Under the pieces are notes generated by a model, which saw only the letters and a list, made by a program, of their open reading frames with translations, ran no database searches and was not told where the DNA came from. Shown here piece after piece: positions 34,801 to 43,888 of a stretch of 64,000 bases of DNA (the first letter of the stretch is position 1; each line of letters begins with the position of its first letter). Location of the stretch: positions 124,001 to 188,000 of the IMG/VR virus record IMGVR_UViG_3300029911_000001; one strand, written 5' to 3'. The translations under genes and the position numbers were made by a program.

Positions 34801-37275
34801 GCCGGGGAGCTATGCGGTATCGGTGCAGGAGATGCGTCCGCTCTATATGAGATAACGCAGCTGACCTCAGTAGGCACGCCCTCCGGTGGAGTGCAGAGTG
34901 TGACCGCAAATCTCTACAATTCGCACGCCATTGGAGAACCTTTCTCCTGCGGAGGCATGGTTGGTTGGCTGGCGATCTACAAGAATTATGAACCCAACGG
35001 CCAGATGTACGCTGACAACATATACGCTTCGACTGGAGTGAACACACTCATTATCGGGCATCGGGCGGCTAACTTCTACACCAACTCTCTCCCCTCGACC
35101 TTTGCGGAGCCGGTAGCAATAGTTCCCGGTGCAGACATTGTTGGCGTGACCAATCCATCCACTGGAAATCCAGATGGAGGCTTTGCATATACTGAACCAG
35201 CACCATCGGGGACGTACACCGTTGGTCACAGCATCGTGAACCTGAACAACATTTCGGCTACGTATACAAACAGTTTTATGGACACAAATATCAATAACCC
35301 ATTTGCGGAGCGTAATACTCATGCCAATATCTTCCAAGGCAATTTTCTTGGCGGAGGTGCAAATGTGAACACTGGGTTCAACTACAACTTTACCGGCAAT
35401 GGCCAGCCTTCCTACGATCTAAATTATCTGGGCAACGGTGCTAATATCACCGCGTGGTCTATCAGCGGGGCTAACGTCGCCACATTCACCGGAAACAACA
35501 ACTTTTTGGCTGGTCAGAAATTCCGTCTCGGAGGCTTCGGTACATCCACTTTCTTCAACGGCCAAGTGGTGACTATTCTTTCCTCTGGTCTTTCGAGCAC
35601 ACAGTTCGAGGCTAACTTCACACATTCTAGCGGCTCTGGTACGGAGGCAGGAAATGCGCAAGGACTGTATCTGCCTCCATACTTTGACTATGTGGAAGGC
35701 CCGATTTCGGCTGGGCTTGTTCTTTCCGGCTGGCCGACTGGCCCTGCTTATGGACAGATCGGTGTAGCTGGAAACAGTTGCGGAACGTTCGTACTTTGTA
35801 TCGGACCTAGTGGATTTGGTCCTGATTCGCTTGCTGGAGGGATCGGGCATCTATTCCATGCATACACCGGCGAAGAGTTGGATGTGAACACCAATACACA
35901 CACCTTCAATTTTGTTGGAAATATCAACCTAACCGGAGCACTGACCTACTCAGGTCCAATTGTCAATACTTACAGGCAGACCCAAAATGGAGGAGCTTAC
36001 CTTGCTGGGTGGGCGGGTGATAACGGATGCCCGGCTGGTCCGTACAACGTCATGGGTCTGGAGTTCGGAGTTCCTCCGACATTCGCCACTGTGGGTAAGG
36101 ATAAGTGCGGTGCGCTCAACATTGTGAATGGCGAGGCTCCTACTGAGTTCCGAATGGGCGACGAGTACGGTTATGGTGCTGGTGTAATGGGGCACGTAAG
36201 TTTCAACTCTTCAGACCACGGGCCAAACTATTTTTCTAGCTGGCTGCAATCATGGATTTCCAGCGGGTCTTACGGGACTGATTACAGTCCCAACACGGTT
36301 CCTTATCAGTTTTTCCAGCAAGCAGTAGGCACGAGCACTCCGGTCAACTATGCATGGGCGGATGAGTGGCACGTCTTCAACACACTCAAAGGATTCAAGA
36401 CCCAACAGGTACAGCCTTTGCAGGCTATTCCAGTAGCGACAGGTAGCACAACAGGTGGAACTCTTGCGGCTAACCAGTACTCCTTCGTCATAACTGGCAC
36501 GACCACAACAGGAGAAACTACAGCCAGCCAGACTGCCAACTGCGTAACCACAACTGGCAGCACGAGCAGCATCAGCCTGACGTGGACAGCGATGACTGGG
36601 GCGACAGGATACAAGGTCTACCCTGCCGTTGGAAACTGTGCTGGAGGGCAGGCTGGTACCGCTAATGCTGCTTTCACCGTCTCCGGCACGAGCTACACAT
36701 TCACAGCCTTCACCTCTGGCTCAGTCGTCCCGCCGACTGAGAATACGACGGGGTATGGGATCGATGCCAGTGGCAACGCAACGGTGGCGAGTCTATCTGC
36801 TACCAGCAATATCACAGACTCCGCCCTTACCCCCGGCAACTGTGTGCAGGCGGGTACGGGTGGGCTGCTGATTGATACTGGGGGTCCTTGCTATCCATCT
36901 ACGTATAAAGTAGCTAGGTACTGGAGTATCCCCAGTGCAACATTCTCGACTGGAACATTCCTTGGACCAATCTATTTCTACGAATTTCCGATTGGTTCAA
37001 ATACACCTGTGACAACTCCTCTAATGGCGTCACTAACAGGCACAATTAGCTGCTCAGTGGCTCCTACTATTGGGTTATACGACCTAGGAACCTCCGCAAC
37101 CACAGCATTGGGTTCTTCCGCGCTAGTCACCACTTTAGCAACTGGAACAAGTGATGGAGCATACACGGCTAGTGCGAGTTTTCTAGGGTTCCACGGTCAG
37201 CACTACTATCGCGTGGCATTCACGGCTGGCTCCTGTACGACTGCCCCGCAGATTGATTTTACCGTAGACTGGTAG
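28855..37275 (+). CDS. Giant (about 2806 aa) signal-peptide-bearing multidomain beta-helix/glycan-interacting protein
   Basis: ATG 28855 with RBS GGGAG; MFKLFQKFGILVTLVFAFGCSIGQA-Q; two pectate-lyase-3-like starts (DSTCAIRAAI...LYLPVGNY; DNCTSANAW...GTLSPGVY); CBM5/12-like module (WSNATTY...YYQSL...EPDTSPSWW); Fn3-like module near the C-terminus. Confidence 0.75.
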   Translation: MFKLFQKFGILVTLVFAFGCSIGQAQINPEQIRWPLLTGTGVPTLSCSSVNYGQPYQNTAVTPNTYYTCGTDGWQIRISLGPKVNATSVAFGAASSCANTADPTMTLDSTCAIRAAIAYVYAHGANGVYPALYLPVGNYKTTAEIRIPCDVWLEGDGVTATVISLTNNAANGITVYGDNSGSGDAWQCVGGMHGLGITAIGAHLYTADQLEIVGSTAYTLRDVLVQGGGGRGINVTGGSERLDAENIFINTVRWPMLWKGNENHLRKLNIADPGNSSDNWCFAQGNCVTTHTFPNFNWSLQQTLVSAVGSGTRASYVVTDTGGAGSTLGVSPIGIGQWFTVSGVTGTTGLNGVFQVASATNGTVTGGCAANRCYTITAVNSTSGTGTGLGSATFQPTIVADRNAAVYASGSTFKIDGGSIKSLESSGCFDIGSTFGSTIANIYCEGYPVNGQPHVNSSVTEGNLPAETTTTASLGASATTVTVVDTSWFPNYVQTASDANSADIIQGKIAPCDYIEPPNTGYNVQSACAPTGVLKGMWEAVQITMTSTGALLQRCQSGSTVTCTAYTSGPVWPSGSLIANGPPGNYSYLKLDTDHFNAIDEPGANWAAYCNDQSSFICGEIIGGGIENGLTTGSSGSTLGRLQQAQILFDNDEWWGGINSASPGSSYYGDGTIKAVGLGIVAQATGSTFGNGYAADSNAVNGKFTDGTANNVNDSAPGFVNVQSADTYYPSSEYNNLSNGMIFSASSGLFRKNLNAYGDPITGNNPGAGSNGYNNGAEVANSTCTYDTPLTSGTHSLNRWCFVGGPGNSGTAAGVEYDTYNTGSSIWVTQFKIDGTGAITFGGVPTFTDAIFQALHMAAPGDKVYLGDPGNWLERDNTLSGATHFAAPGFDFDNNGSGSPLNIMDGAGGTYHGYLCLNLDSCISRNGSSNQFHFGSGAYGASDGALFAANATFGGTLTALNGSINSVMNGATAEFGMSSYLTAPCTATVANTSHVVTILSGCTFPSPMTGYVFHLGDSVSGSLDGTLTYLSPTTATMNVASTWTSSSGISATVNAGGTGYAVGDTGTVNGGNSNARYWVQSVSGGVVTGIYMNSGGSGYTSATGVATATGGIQPGSGTGLTLNTTAALTPETLYFGPDNCTSANAWFAAASGGRGTLSPGVYMSSCPLLQGSANSFFIEGTTKTNTILVDADSSSHPDFIGVGNNGSNSVSHIANISAVGNKNTTRGCISIFGPTDHTSQDFSCYDSGAASLYLNNAVSANINQFSSAPSNTSIVQPVNCVNYVASGPSEFHSLTCEGASGYSINNTGQMTITASQIDYGLQGQLYNSSTGYVYINGGTLLGCELTTCANGVTNYGVVNVEDGGVSVSYHGYSGSIFYGSNVALDGLNSTFVFDSGSLCTIAGLRLGLNGITDNAGCAIAGPTVNESTGVGTVDYPTSQSLQTGIYGNQLIMASGPLAFRYGCATYGNSSCNVTPMAQVPLAASTTWAIQFQGQWNTDTTVPFIKTVTYASPTFTVAGQTVTCKQATTNFNTTRSGQFVCYIAPSSIGQVGFTGSWIIYPNGMNTPTGLGAPYCAAGICNSTGTAWGSSYGIVGSGSNVVLATSPTLQNSLTVTNAGNVSLTLTDTATGTISNTELLGDGSVNHYDDTAVVNYFDYASGVSNLYLSTNQTTTTFPNTFNAFPHGLYAGSTNQFQIDASGNVTAPSVNVSATNYPLFGNIPGVGNVWSAVNSNCKLSQLSGGSGGYTDGGYCSTQQFLSTVPGWNDLGTIGAYLPAAQSITMNNYSTGIESVLAIQVNSPAGGDQNGIDFQDHVRNALNHGGDQGQSDLQIQSYEGGEPTGTVTSVTPVASGVQVALTCSANCDQMGIMSGPLVDMTEAIPATVTYVSTSGGLATVTSSNTVPVSTSGTLASAANAQWSNATTYPSGIIVLYIGAAYYQSLQNTNVGHEPDTSPSWWTLVSPPSGRLSSNIVTWNMNTGTTLTAGELCGIGAGDASALYEITQLTSVGTPSGGVQSVTANLYNSHAIGEPFSCGGMVGWLAIYKNYEPNGQMYADNIYASTGVNTLIIGHRAANFYTNSLPSTFAEPVAIVPGADIVGVTNPSTGNPDGGFAYTEPAPSGTYTVGHSIVNLNNISATYTNSFMDTNINNPFAERNTHANIFQGNFLGGGANVNTGFNYNFTGNGQPSYDLNYLGNGANITAWSISGANVATFTGNNNFLAGQKFRLGGFGTSTFFNGQVVTILSSGLSSTQFEANFTHSSGSGTEAGNAQGLYLPPYFDYVEGPISAGLVLSGWPTGPAYGQIGVAGNSCGTFVLCIGPSGFGPDSLAGGIGHLFHAYTGEELDVNTNTHTFNFVGNINLTGALTYSGPIVNTYRQTQNGGAYLAGWAGDNGCPAGPYNVMGLEFGVPPTFATVGKDKCGALNIVNGEAPTEFRMGDEYGYGAGVMGHVSFNSSDHGPNYFSSWLQSWISSGSYGTDYSPNTVPYQFFQQAVGTSTPVNYAWADEWHVFNTLKGFKTQQVQPLQAIPVATGSTTGGTLAANQYSFVITGTTTTGETTASQTANCVTTTGSTSSISLTWTAMTGATGYKVYPAVGNCAGGQAGTANAAFTVSGTSYTFTAFTSGSVVPPTENTTGYGIDASGNATVASLSATSNITDSALTPGNCVQAGTGGLLIDTGGPCYPSTYKVARYWSIPSATFSTGTFLGPIYFYEFPIGSNTPVTTPLMASLTGTISCSVAPTIGLYDLGTSATTALGSSALVTTLATGTSDGAYTASASFLGFHGQHYYRVAFTAGSCTTAPQIDFTVDW

Positions 37276-37323
37276 GAGTTTTATAGGGGATAAATTCCAC
37301 TAAATGTGGGGTATTATAACTAG

Positions 37324-38004
37324 GTGACTCCTTCCCTGAACATTGAAGTCGAAGCCCTAGACACGCCTCTGCGAGACTTCGCGGAGTTGCGTCGTGAGTT
37401 GATTGAACAGGGACTGACCTTTGATGAGATTAGTATCCGGGCTATCCCCTACTCTCAACTCCATCTGTGTTGCATCGGCAATGCGGGAGCCGCCGCGTGT
37501 ACTCCTGAGTTAGTTCAAAGCGAGAAGGCTACACGTCGCGAGAGATTTCTGAACATGGAGACCGACGACTTCAAGGAAGCGGAGACTTTCTTGAAGATAG
37601 AGCAGATGTATGATGATGTGTTGTTTGCAATTTCGAACCGCATGACCCTTCCCTACTCGACCCTCACCGACTGTCAGAAGCTGTGGGTTCGGCTAACCTG
37701 CCTATATAATCACGTTGACAATCCCATCCAACGGATGCAGGATGTTATAGCCCTGTTTCAGCAGTGTGCGGCGAACCCCCATGGCAAGCTCCCCACGGAC
37801 GTATGCTCGGTCTACGCCGGTAAGTTCAAAGGGCTTGCCACCGTTTACCCCGGACGCATATCGGACAAGATATTCCGGGAGAAGGTTGGGGAGATGGCTG
37901 AAACCGTGCTTCAGTTCATGTCGGACGGCGAACGCCAATTCGTTGAAAAAGAGCAGCTTCAGGACTTCTCCTGCACGTCCGATTGTTTTCGAATACTTAT
38001 TTGA
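37324..38004 (+). CDS. Hypothetical protein
   Basis: GTG after a TATTAT element. Confidence 0.65.
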   Translation: MTPSLNIEVEALDTPLRDFAELRRELIEQGLTFDEISIRAIPYSQLHLCCIGNAGAAACTPELVQSEKATRRERFLNMETDDFKEAETFLKIEQMYDDVLFAISNRMTLPYSTLTDCQKLWVRLTCLYNHVDNPIQRMQDVIALFQQCAANPHGKLPTDVCSVYAGKFKGLATVYPGRISDKIFREKVGEMAETVLQFMSDGERQFVEKEQLQDFSCTSDCFRILI

Positions 38005-38105
38005 TCCGGCTCACTAGCTTGAAAATGCAACAGGCTGGAAATTAAGTTTCAAAATACCTGTGCGAAACCCCGGTTTCTTCGGTATACTGTTTGTGGAGAG
38101 AAGAA

Positions 38106-39950
38106 ATGACTGAGCTTCTACAGATTGCGACCCCGACCACCAAGAGCTTGAACGACAACTGGTCGCAGAACATCCGAGACCACTTCCCCTTTGACCTGAT
38201 GCGTGATGCTCAGGATAAGGGTGCGGAAGCCATCCTCCGCGCCTACCGCGAGAACAAAAAGTTCATCATCATCGAAGGCCCTCCGGGAGCCGGTAAGTCT
38301 GGTATCGGCGTCATGGCTGCTTCGTATGCCAAAACCCAGCCCTCCCCCTCCGGCAAGGAAGCGGGAGCCTACATCCTGTCCCCTCAGAAGAGCCTCACCG
38401 CCCAGTACATGAACGACTTCGGTAAGATGGGTCTGGTCGAACTCAAGGGTCGCTCGAACTACGAATGCACCGAGTTTGTGGACGAAGACAACAAGCCTGT
38501 TGATTGCGAAATCGGCGGGATGCTCTGCAAGGAAAAGGGGGAGGATGGCGAGGGCGGCGGTTGCTCCTTCTGCCCCTACAAGGAAGCCAAGCTGGCTTTC
38601 ACCCGCTCTGCCGCCAGCGTCACCAACTTCGCCTACTACCTCAACGAGACCTACCACGCTGGTCAGCTTCTCCCCCGCCGTATGCTCGTCCTTGACGAGG
38701 GTCACAACCTAGAACAGCAGATTCTGTCGCTGGCCGACATCGTTGTTACTCGCTTCCGCTGCGACGAAGTGGGCGTCAACTTCTTCACCATGGCCGAACT
38801 GAAGGTCAAGCCCGGTCAGACCGAAAAGGGTGCGACGTGGGTACGTGATACGTACAAGGCCGCTGCCTCCGCTCTCATCATGAAGTGGGAAGCCGACCTC
38901 CGCGAGTTCAAGGAAGACCATGACACCGCCTCCGCTGCCAAGCTGGGCAAGAAGCTGAACGGCATCAAGCGGTTCGTCGGGATGATTGACCTGTTCCTCA
39001 ACTCGGTCGTCAACAACCCGAAAGACTGGATTGTCTACACCGACGACACCAAGGGCTCTGACACCTACGGGTGCCTCATCATCAAGCCGCTGACGGCCAC
39101 TCTGTTCGCCAACGACATCCTCTTCTCGAAGGCCGACAAGATTGTCATCATGTCCGCTACCATCGGTGGCACCGACGACCGTGGCAACGACTTCACCTTC
39201 TTCATGCGTAACCTTGGCATCGACCCCAAGGATGCGGTCACCCTCCGCCTCCCCTGCGACTTCCCGGTTGAGAATCGCCCGGTGTTCATCAAGCCGATTG
39301 CCAACATGTCTTCCTCTAAGGTTGGTTGCCCCAACTGCTCGACGGAAGAGAACAAGGGTGCATCTAACCGCAAGGGCTCCGGCTGCGACCGTTGCTACGG
39401 CACGGGTCAGGTTCCTTCGATTGATTACGCGATGCCTCTGGTCGCCGCCTTCCTCAGCAAGATTATGGAGCACAAGAACTACGCTGGCAAGAAAGGACTC
39501 GTCCACACCCACAGCTACAAGGTCAACAAGTACATGTCGGAGAATCTCTCTCCTGAAAACATCGCCCGTGTGGTCACCCACACGAACGCGAAGGGAAGCC
39601 GTGACAGTGCCATCGTCAATCACTGCGAGGCCACCAACCCTACCGTCCTCTTCTCTCCAAGTATGACGGAAGGGCTCGACCTCAAGGACGACCTGTCACG
39701 CTTCTCTGTTATCGTCAAAGTACCCTTCCCCTTCCTCGACCCGTACGTCAAGGCTCGTATGGAACGTGACTCCGAGTGGTATGCATGGCTCGTAGCTCTC
39801 GCTATCATTCAGGGTCTCGGTCGCTCCAACCGCCACAAGGAAGACAAGGCGCACCACTACATCCTTGACTCCGCCATCCTCGCATTCCTCGCCCGTTACG
39901 AGCACTTGTTCCCCAAGTGGTTCATGGACGCGGTAGTGCGGCCTCGCTAG
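38106..39950 (+). CDS. DinG/XPD-family SF2 helicase
   Basis: EGPPGAGKS, DEGH, MSAT, EGLD, VKVPFP, QGLGR; Fe-S-type Cys cluster; extra CPNC...CDRC insert. Confidence 0.85.
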   Translation: MTELLQIATPTTKSLNDNWSQNIRDHFPFDLMRDAQDKGAEAILRAYRENKKFIIIEGPPGAGKSGIGVMAASYAKTQPSPSGKEAGAYILSPQKSLTAQYMNDFGKMGLVELKGRSNYECTEFVDEDNKPVDCEIGGMLCKEKGEDGEGGGCSFCPYKEAKLAFTRSAASVTNFAYYLNETYHAGQLLPRRMLVLDEGHNLEQQILSLADIVVTRFRCDEVGVNFFTMAELKVKPGQTEKGATWVRDTYKAAASALIMKWEADLREFKEDHDTASAAKLGKKLNGIKRFVGMIDLFLNSVVNNPKDWIVYTDDTKGSDTYGCLIIKPLTATLFANDILFSKADKIVIMSATIGGTDDRGNDFTFFMRNLGIDPKDAVTLRLPCDFPVENRPVFIKPIANMSSSKVGCPNCSTEENKGASNRKGSGCDRCYGTGQVPSIDYAMPLVAAFLSKIMEHKNYAGKKGLVHTHSYKVNKYMSENLSPENIARVVTHTNAKGSRDSAIVNHCEATNPTVLFSPSMTEGLDLKDDLSRFSVIVKVPFPFLDPYVKARMERDSEWYAWLVALAIIQGLGRSNRHKEDKAHHYILDSAILAFLARYEHLFPKWFMDAVVRPR

Positions 39951-39960
39951 GAGAATCACC

Positions 39961-40797
39961 ATGGGTTGTCTGAATTCTGATGAGAGCTTCGAACACTGGT
40001 TTGGCAACATCCACCTGAGCGGTCTGTGCAATCGCTCGTGCTACTTCTGCATCGGCCAGCACATGATGGACTTGGACAGCTACGACGTGCTGAAGACGTG
40101 GCCGCTGCCCAACCTCGATGAGTTCTCCACCCAGTTGGCGAAGAGACCGGTGAAGGAAATCTGCCTGACCGGCACCAACACCGACCCGCTGCTCTATGCT
40201 CACCACCCGGAGTTGACGACCTACCTGCGTGCGAAGTTCCCCGGTGTGCCTCTGGCTATCCGCACGAACGCAGCGGCCTACACGCCTGAGCTACTGTCGC
40301 TCTACGACCGTGCCAGCTTTTCTATCAGCAGCTTCAACCCGGACATCTATGTGAAGATGATGGGACAGGGCAAGCCGCCCAACATCGAACGCATCATGGC
40401 GAACCACCCGGACATGAGCCTAAAGGTCAACGTCGTGTTGGGGCCGGAGAACCTTGGCGACGACCTTACGAAGACGCTGAACTATCTCTCTTCACTCGGC
40501 ATGAAGCGTGTGAACCTGCGTGAGCCCTACGGCCAGCCTCACATCGGCGACCCGCTGGTACACTCGCCGCTGCACAAGGTAGTCTTTGGTATGCCCTGCC
40601 ACCTTGTTGGCGACATGGAAGTTACATACTGGGACGTACACTACGTTGAAGTAGAGAGCGTCAACCTCTATGCCAGCGGACGTGTCAGCGAGACCTACCC
40701 AGTGACACTGGGTCACTCTCCCAAGGGTGAAGTACATGACCAAGGCTTCTACCCGACCTCCGGGCGTATACGTGAACAATGGGTGATTCTTAAGTAA
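39961..40797 (+). CDS. Radical SAM protein
   Basis: CNRSCYFC (CxxxCxxC). Confidence 0.85.
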   Translation: MGCLNSDESFEHWFGNIHLSGLCNRSCYFCIGQHMMDLDSYDVLKTWPLPNLDEFSTQLAKRPVKEICLTGTNTDPLLYAHHPELTTYLRAKFPGVPLAIRTNAAAYTPELLSLYDRASFSISSFNPDIYVKMMGQGKPPNIERIMANHPDMSLKVNVVLGPENLGDDLTKTLNYLSSLGMKRVNLREPYGQPHIGDPLVHSPLHKVVFGMPCHLVGDMEVTYWDVHYVEVESVNLYASGRVSETYPVTLGHSPKGEVHDQGFYPTSGRIREQWVILK

Positions 40798-41093
40798 TGC
40801 GTAAGACTTCCACGCCTCGATACCCTCAACCCCGCGACGTTGCCCCGGTGAAGAGGGCTCTTGAACAGTACATCCCCATGGAGGCACCGCTGCAATACTG
40901 TATGCGGTTCTCCATCAAGAACACGCCCAACTTTCGGCTGCAATCACAGACGAATGAAATTGTGTGGTACGTAGATGTGTATAAGGGTCACTACTACCAT
41001 GTAACCATAAACAGTTCGACGGAAGTATGCCGGACTATCCCCGCGTTGGTGACCTATATGTGGCGACGGCTAGGGGTTACACCTAAACGATGA
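40797..41093 (+). CDS. Hypothetical protein
   Basis: TAATG coupling. Confidence 0.55.
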   Translation: MRKTSTPRYPQPRDVAPVKRALEQYIPMEAPLQYCMRFSIKNTPNFRLQSQTNEIVWYVDVYKGHYYHVTINSSTEVCRTIPALVTYMWRRLGVTPKR

Positions 41094-41112
41094 AAGCGTC
41101 GTATTACACATC

Positions 41113-41811
41113 ATGGAGCCAATAGTACAACTGAAGACCCTCGATGACTTGAAGAAGGTGCTCTACCTTCAAAAGACCATCACCGCACAAGCCAAGAATG
41201 AACTACTTTCCGTTGTTAACGAGAAGGTCCTCGACCCGGAGGCCATCGGCGACGATGCTGTCAAACAGATACGTGAGTTCATGGAGGAAGAGAGAAAGGT
41301 ACTCACGAAGTATGCCAAGTATCCTACCCTTACCGAGTATCAGTTGATGCCCAGTTCCTATGACGGCTACAAGTGGGGAGCCACCTTTGGCGTAACCCTG
41401 CTCATCGGAGAACTCATTTTCGAACAGTTGAATAAAGCATATCCTCACTTCACTCACGTCTCTCGTCACCTCTTCCTCATCCTTCTCAGTGAACTCGACA
41501 GTCCTCAGCATGAGTACCTCATTGAACCTTTGGAAAAGGCTCTGCGTATTAAGGTCACCAGCGAGGGACAGGAAATCACCCCGGAGCAACGCAAGGAGTA
41601 CATCCGAGGCATGGTCAATCAGTTCGTGGAGACCACGGTCGCCCTGTGCGAAGGCTATGGTTTGATGAAGGTGAAGAAGGGCGGAGTGGTTATCACCCCG
41701 GTAGGCAAGAGGGTTCTGCTGCATCTAGCAGACGCGGCTAGGTTTGTGGAGGATATGACTAAGGCCCACAACAAGTTCCAGATTTCAAAGCCTAAACTAT
41801 CCATGGGATGA
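41113..41811 (+). CDS. Hypothetical protein, possible C-terminal winged helix
   Basis: YGLMKVKKGGVVITPVGKRVL. Confidence 0.6.
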   Translation: MEPIVQLKTLDDLKKVLYLQKTITAQAKNELLSVVNEKVLDPEAIGDDAVKQIREFMEEERKVLTKYAKYPTLTEYQLMPSSYDGYKWGATFGVTLLIGELIFEQLNKAYPHFTHVSRHLFLILLSELDSPQHEYLIEPLEKALRIKVTSEGQEITPEQRKEYIRGMVNQFVETTVALCEGYGLMKVKKGGVVITPVGKRVLLHLADAARFVEDMTKAHNKFQISKPKLSMG

Positions 41812-41823
41812 GCGGGAGTACCT

Positions 41824-42630
41824 TTGCCAGACATCAAGAAAAAGAAGGACAACAAATTCAGACCGGGCCGACTGGTGTCAGAATTTAACCCTGTCCCGGT
41901 TCTGTTGTCTCAAAAGACTTACAATCGTTACAATATTCTTGTAGGCGAAGACAGACCACAGGAGCGTCTTGCTGAGCAGGTACTCGGAGTCTACTGTCAA
42001 CAGGCTGATACCCTCAGCGATTCCGACATGCTGGTGGATGACCAGCCCAAGTTGTTCCGGGTGTTTTCCGCCAAACACGTCACTCTCTCGCCTCAGGTTA
42101 AGGATATGACATCGTTCTGGTCACTCGACCCTATCGAGAAGGGCTCAGCCGGGGCGAACGCTATTGTACGGTACGCCGCTACTCTCCTCGACGTGGACAA
42201 GCCGTCCAAGGACGTTGTAGAGAGGCTGGCAGACCACTTGGCTACGTCAGGTACCATCGAGGACATCCGCGTAGCTCTGTGGACGGCTGTGTGGCATCTA
42301 ACCGGACCTCCAATACCTGAAGGTAAGCGGTGGCCGCAGCCATGGGAAGACCGAGTACTGTGGTTCCAGATTCCCGGAGTACAGCCGGAGTATCGTCTGA
42401 ACAGCCTGTACCTAGACCTTACAGCGTACACCCTGTCAATTGCTGATGAAGAATCTACCCTCAAGAAGGCTGGGTTGCGTATTTCCCCATCTAAGCTCAA
42501 GTTCTTCAAAAAACTGAAGTTAGACTACACTAAAGTGCATGACACCATCGAGCTACTTGACCTCTGGCGCACAAAGCGGACTGACCCTTTTATTTGTGCT
42601 TTTCGTATCTCTAACCTATGGAAACCGTAG
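41824..42630 (+). CDS. Hypothetical protein
   Basis: 268 aa ORF. Confidence 0.6.
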   Translation: MPDIKKKKDNKFRPGRLVSEFNPVPVLLSQKTYNRYNILVGEDRPQERLAEQVLGVYCQQADTLSDSDMLVDDQPKLFRVFSAKHVTLSPQVKDMTSFWSLDPIEKGSAGANAIVRYAATLLDVDKPSKDVVERLADHLATSGTIEDIRVALWTAVWHLTGPPIPEGKRWPQPWEDRVLWFQIPGVQPEYRLNSLYLDLTAYTLSIADEESTLKKAGLRISPSKLKFFKKLKLDYTKVHDTIELLDLWRTKRTDPFICAFRISNLWKP

Positions 42631-42668
42631 TATTATAGAGGATGGGTCAACTGACCTTTGGAGATGTT

Positions 42669-43292
42669 ATGAAGCGTATCGCTTTGATGTTTGCAGCAGT
42701 TCTTACCCTTGCAGCAATGACCGTAGGCTCCGCCTCAGCACAGAATGGTGTGTTCGCACCGTATGCAACCGCTGGCGTTAGTGTTCAGAGTGGTGCTGTC
42801 GTAAACAAGACCAACCCGAACTTCGCAGTAGGTGGTGGTATCGAGTCCAGCAGCAAGTATCTCTTGCTCGACGCCAATACGACCTACAATACCGCCAACA
42901 ACGTCGTGACCAGCAACGGCTATACTGTCAACACTCAGGCAAGCGCATACCTCAAGTTGACCAAGGTTCTGGTCGGTGTCGGAGTGGACTCATCCATCAC
43001 CAACCTTACCCCCACCACGGCAGAGAAGGCGTTAAAGTCAGTATCCACTCAGAGCTTCCACCCGTTCATCGGCGTCGGCTACCAAACCTCGAAGCTGCGT
43101 GTTGAGGGAGCCTACCTGCTCCCGGCGAAGGATGCGGTCAACAACGAGCGTATCGCAAACGGCATCGCAGAGGTCTTCCTCGCCAAGCATGTTCGGGCGA
43201 CTGGATCATTGGTTCTCGACAGCGCGGTATCTACCGGTAACCCCCGTCAGTTGTCGGTCGGTGCCGGTGTTGGGCTGAAGTTTGTTCTGTAA
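42669..43292 (+). CDS. Outer-membrane beta-barrel-like protein
   Basis: Signal peptide MKRIALMFAAVLTLAAMTVGSASA-Q; alternating beta strands; C-terminal GAGVGLKFVL. Confidence 0.65.
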   Translation: MKRIALMFAAVLTLAAMTVGSASAQNGVFAPYATAGVSVQSGAVVNKTNPNFAVGGGIESSSKYLLLDANTTYNTANNVVTSNGYTVNTQASAYLKLTKVLVGVGVDSSITNLTPTTAEKALKSVSTQSFHPFIGVGYQTSKLRVEGAYLLPAKDAVNNERIANGIAEVFLAKHVRATGSLVLDSAVSTGNPRQLSVGAGVGLKFVL

Positions 43293-43322
43293 CTAGAAGA
43301 CCAGAAATACATATCGTGGTTG

Positions 43323-43356
43323 AAACGCTCACCCTTCGGGGTGAGCGTTTTGTTTT
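43323..43356 (+). terminator. Intrinsic terminator
   Basis: AAACGCTCACCC-TTCG-GGGTGAGCGTTT plus T tract. Confidence 0.9.
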
Positions 43357-43422
43357 GCCATAAATACTGATGAAATCTCACTATCAAACTAATGGTATAA
43401 GCAGTCTTTTTGAGGGATTAGA

Positions 43423-43755
43423 ATGGCAAATTCGCGTGTAGGTCGGGAACTATTGGTAGCTCGGGTGCAAAAGACCCTTAACTTATCAACCAAGAAAGAA
43501 GCGGAGGAGTTACTTAAGAAGATCATCGTCTGCATTGAAGAGACCTTGATTGACAACCTCGACAACGATAAGTTCTCCATGAAACTAAATAGCTTCGGCA
43601 AGTTTAGCATTCATCATAAACCCGGCATTCTGAGAAATATCCCCTTTACGGGGGAGACAAAGATGACCGAGGACAAACGTAAGGTACGATTTGTGGCACT
43701 GGGGAACCTTCGTAGATTAGAGAGGAAAGAGGGTGCCCGGAGTACCTCAGCATAG
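43423..43755 (+). CDS. HU/IHF-family DNA-binding protein
   Basis: LNSFGKFSI...RNIPFTGE...VRFVA. Confidence 0.85.
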   Translation: MANSRVGRELLVARVQKTLNLSTKKEAEELLKKIIVCIEETLIDNLDNDKFSMKLNSFGKFSIHHKPGILRNIPFTGETKMTEDKRKVRFVALGNLRRLERKEGARSTSA

Positions 43756-43888
43756 GTTGGGCTATACAAAGAAATGTTTTAAGTATGCGGTTCAAACTGT
43801 GCTTTACGACAGTATTAAAACCGTAGAGCAGTAAAGACACTCGCAAATAATAAACTAATCCACTCGAAACGAAAGGTATCACAGTCAT

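Noticed and set aside
28855-37275. Diversity-generating retroelement target
   Set aside because: No reverse transcriptase and no TR/VR repeat pair was seen in the window.
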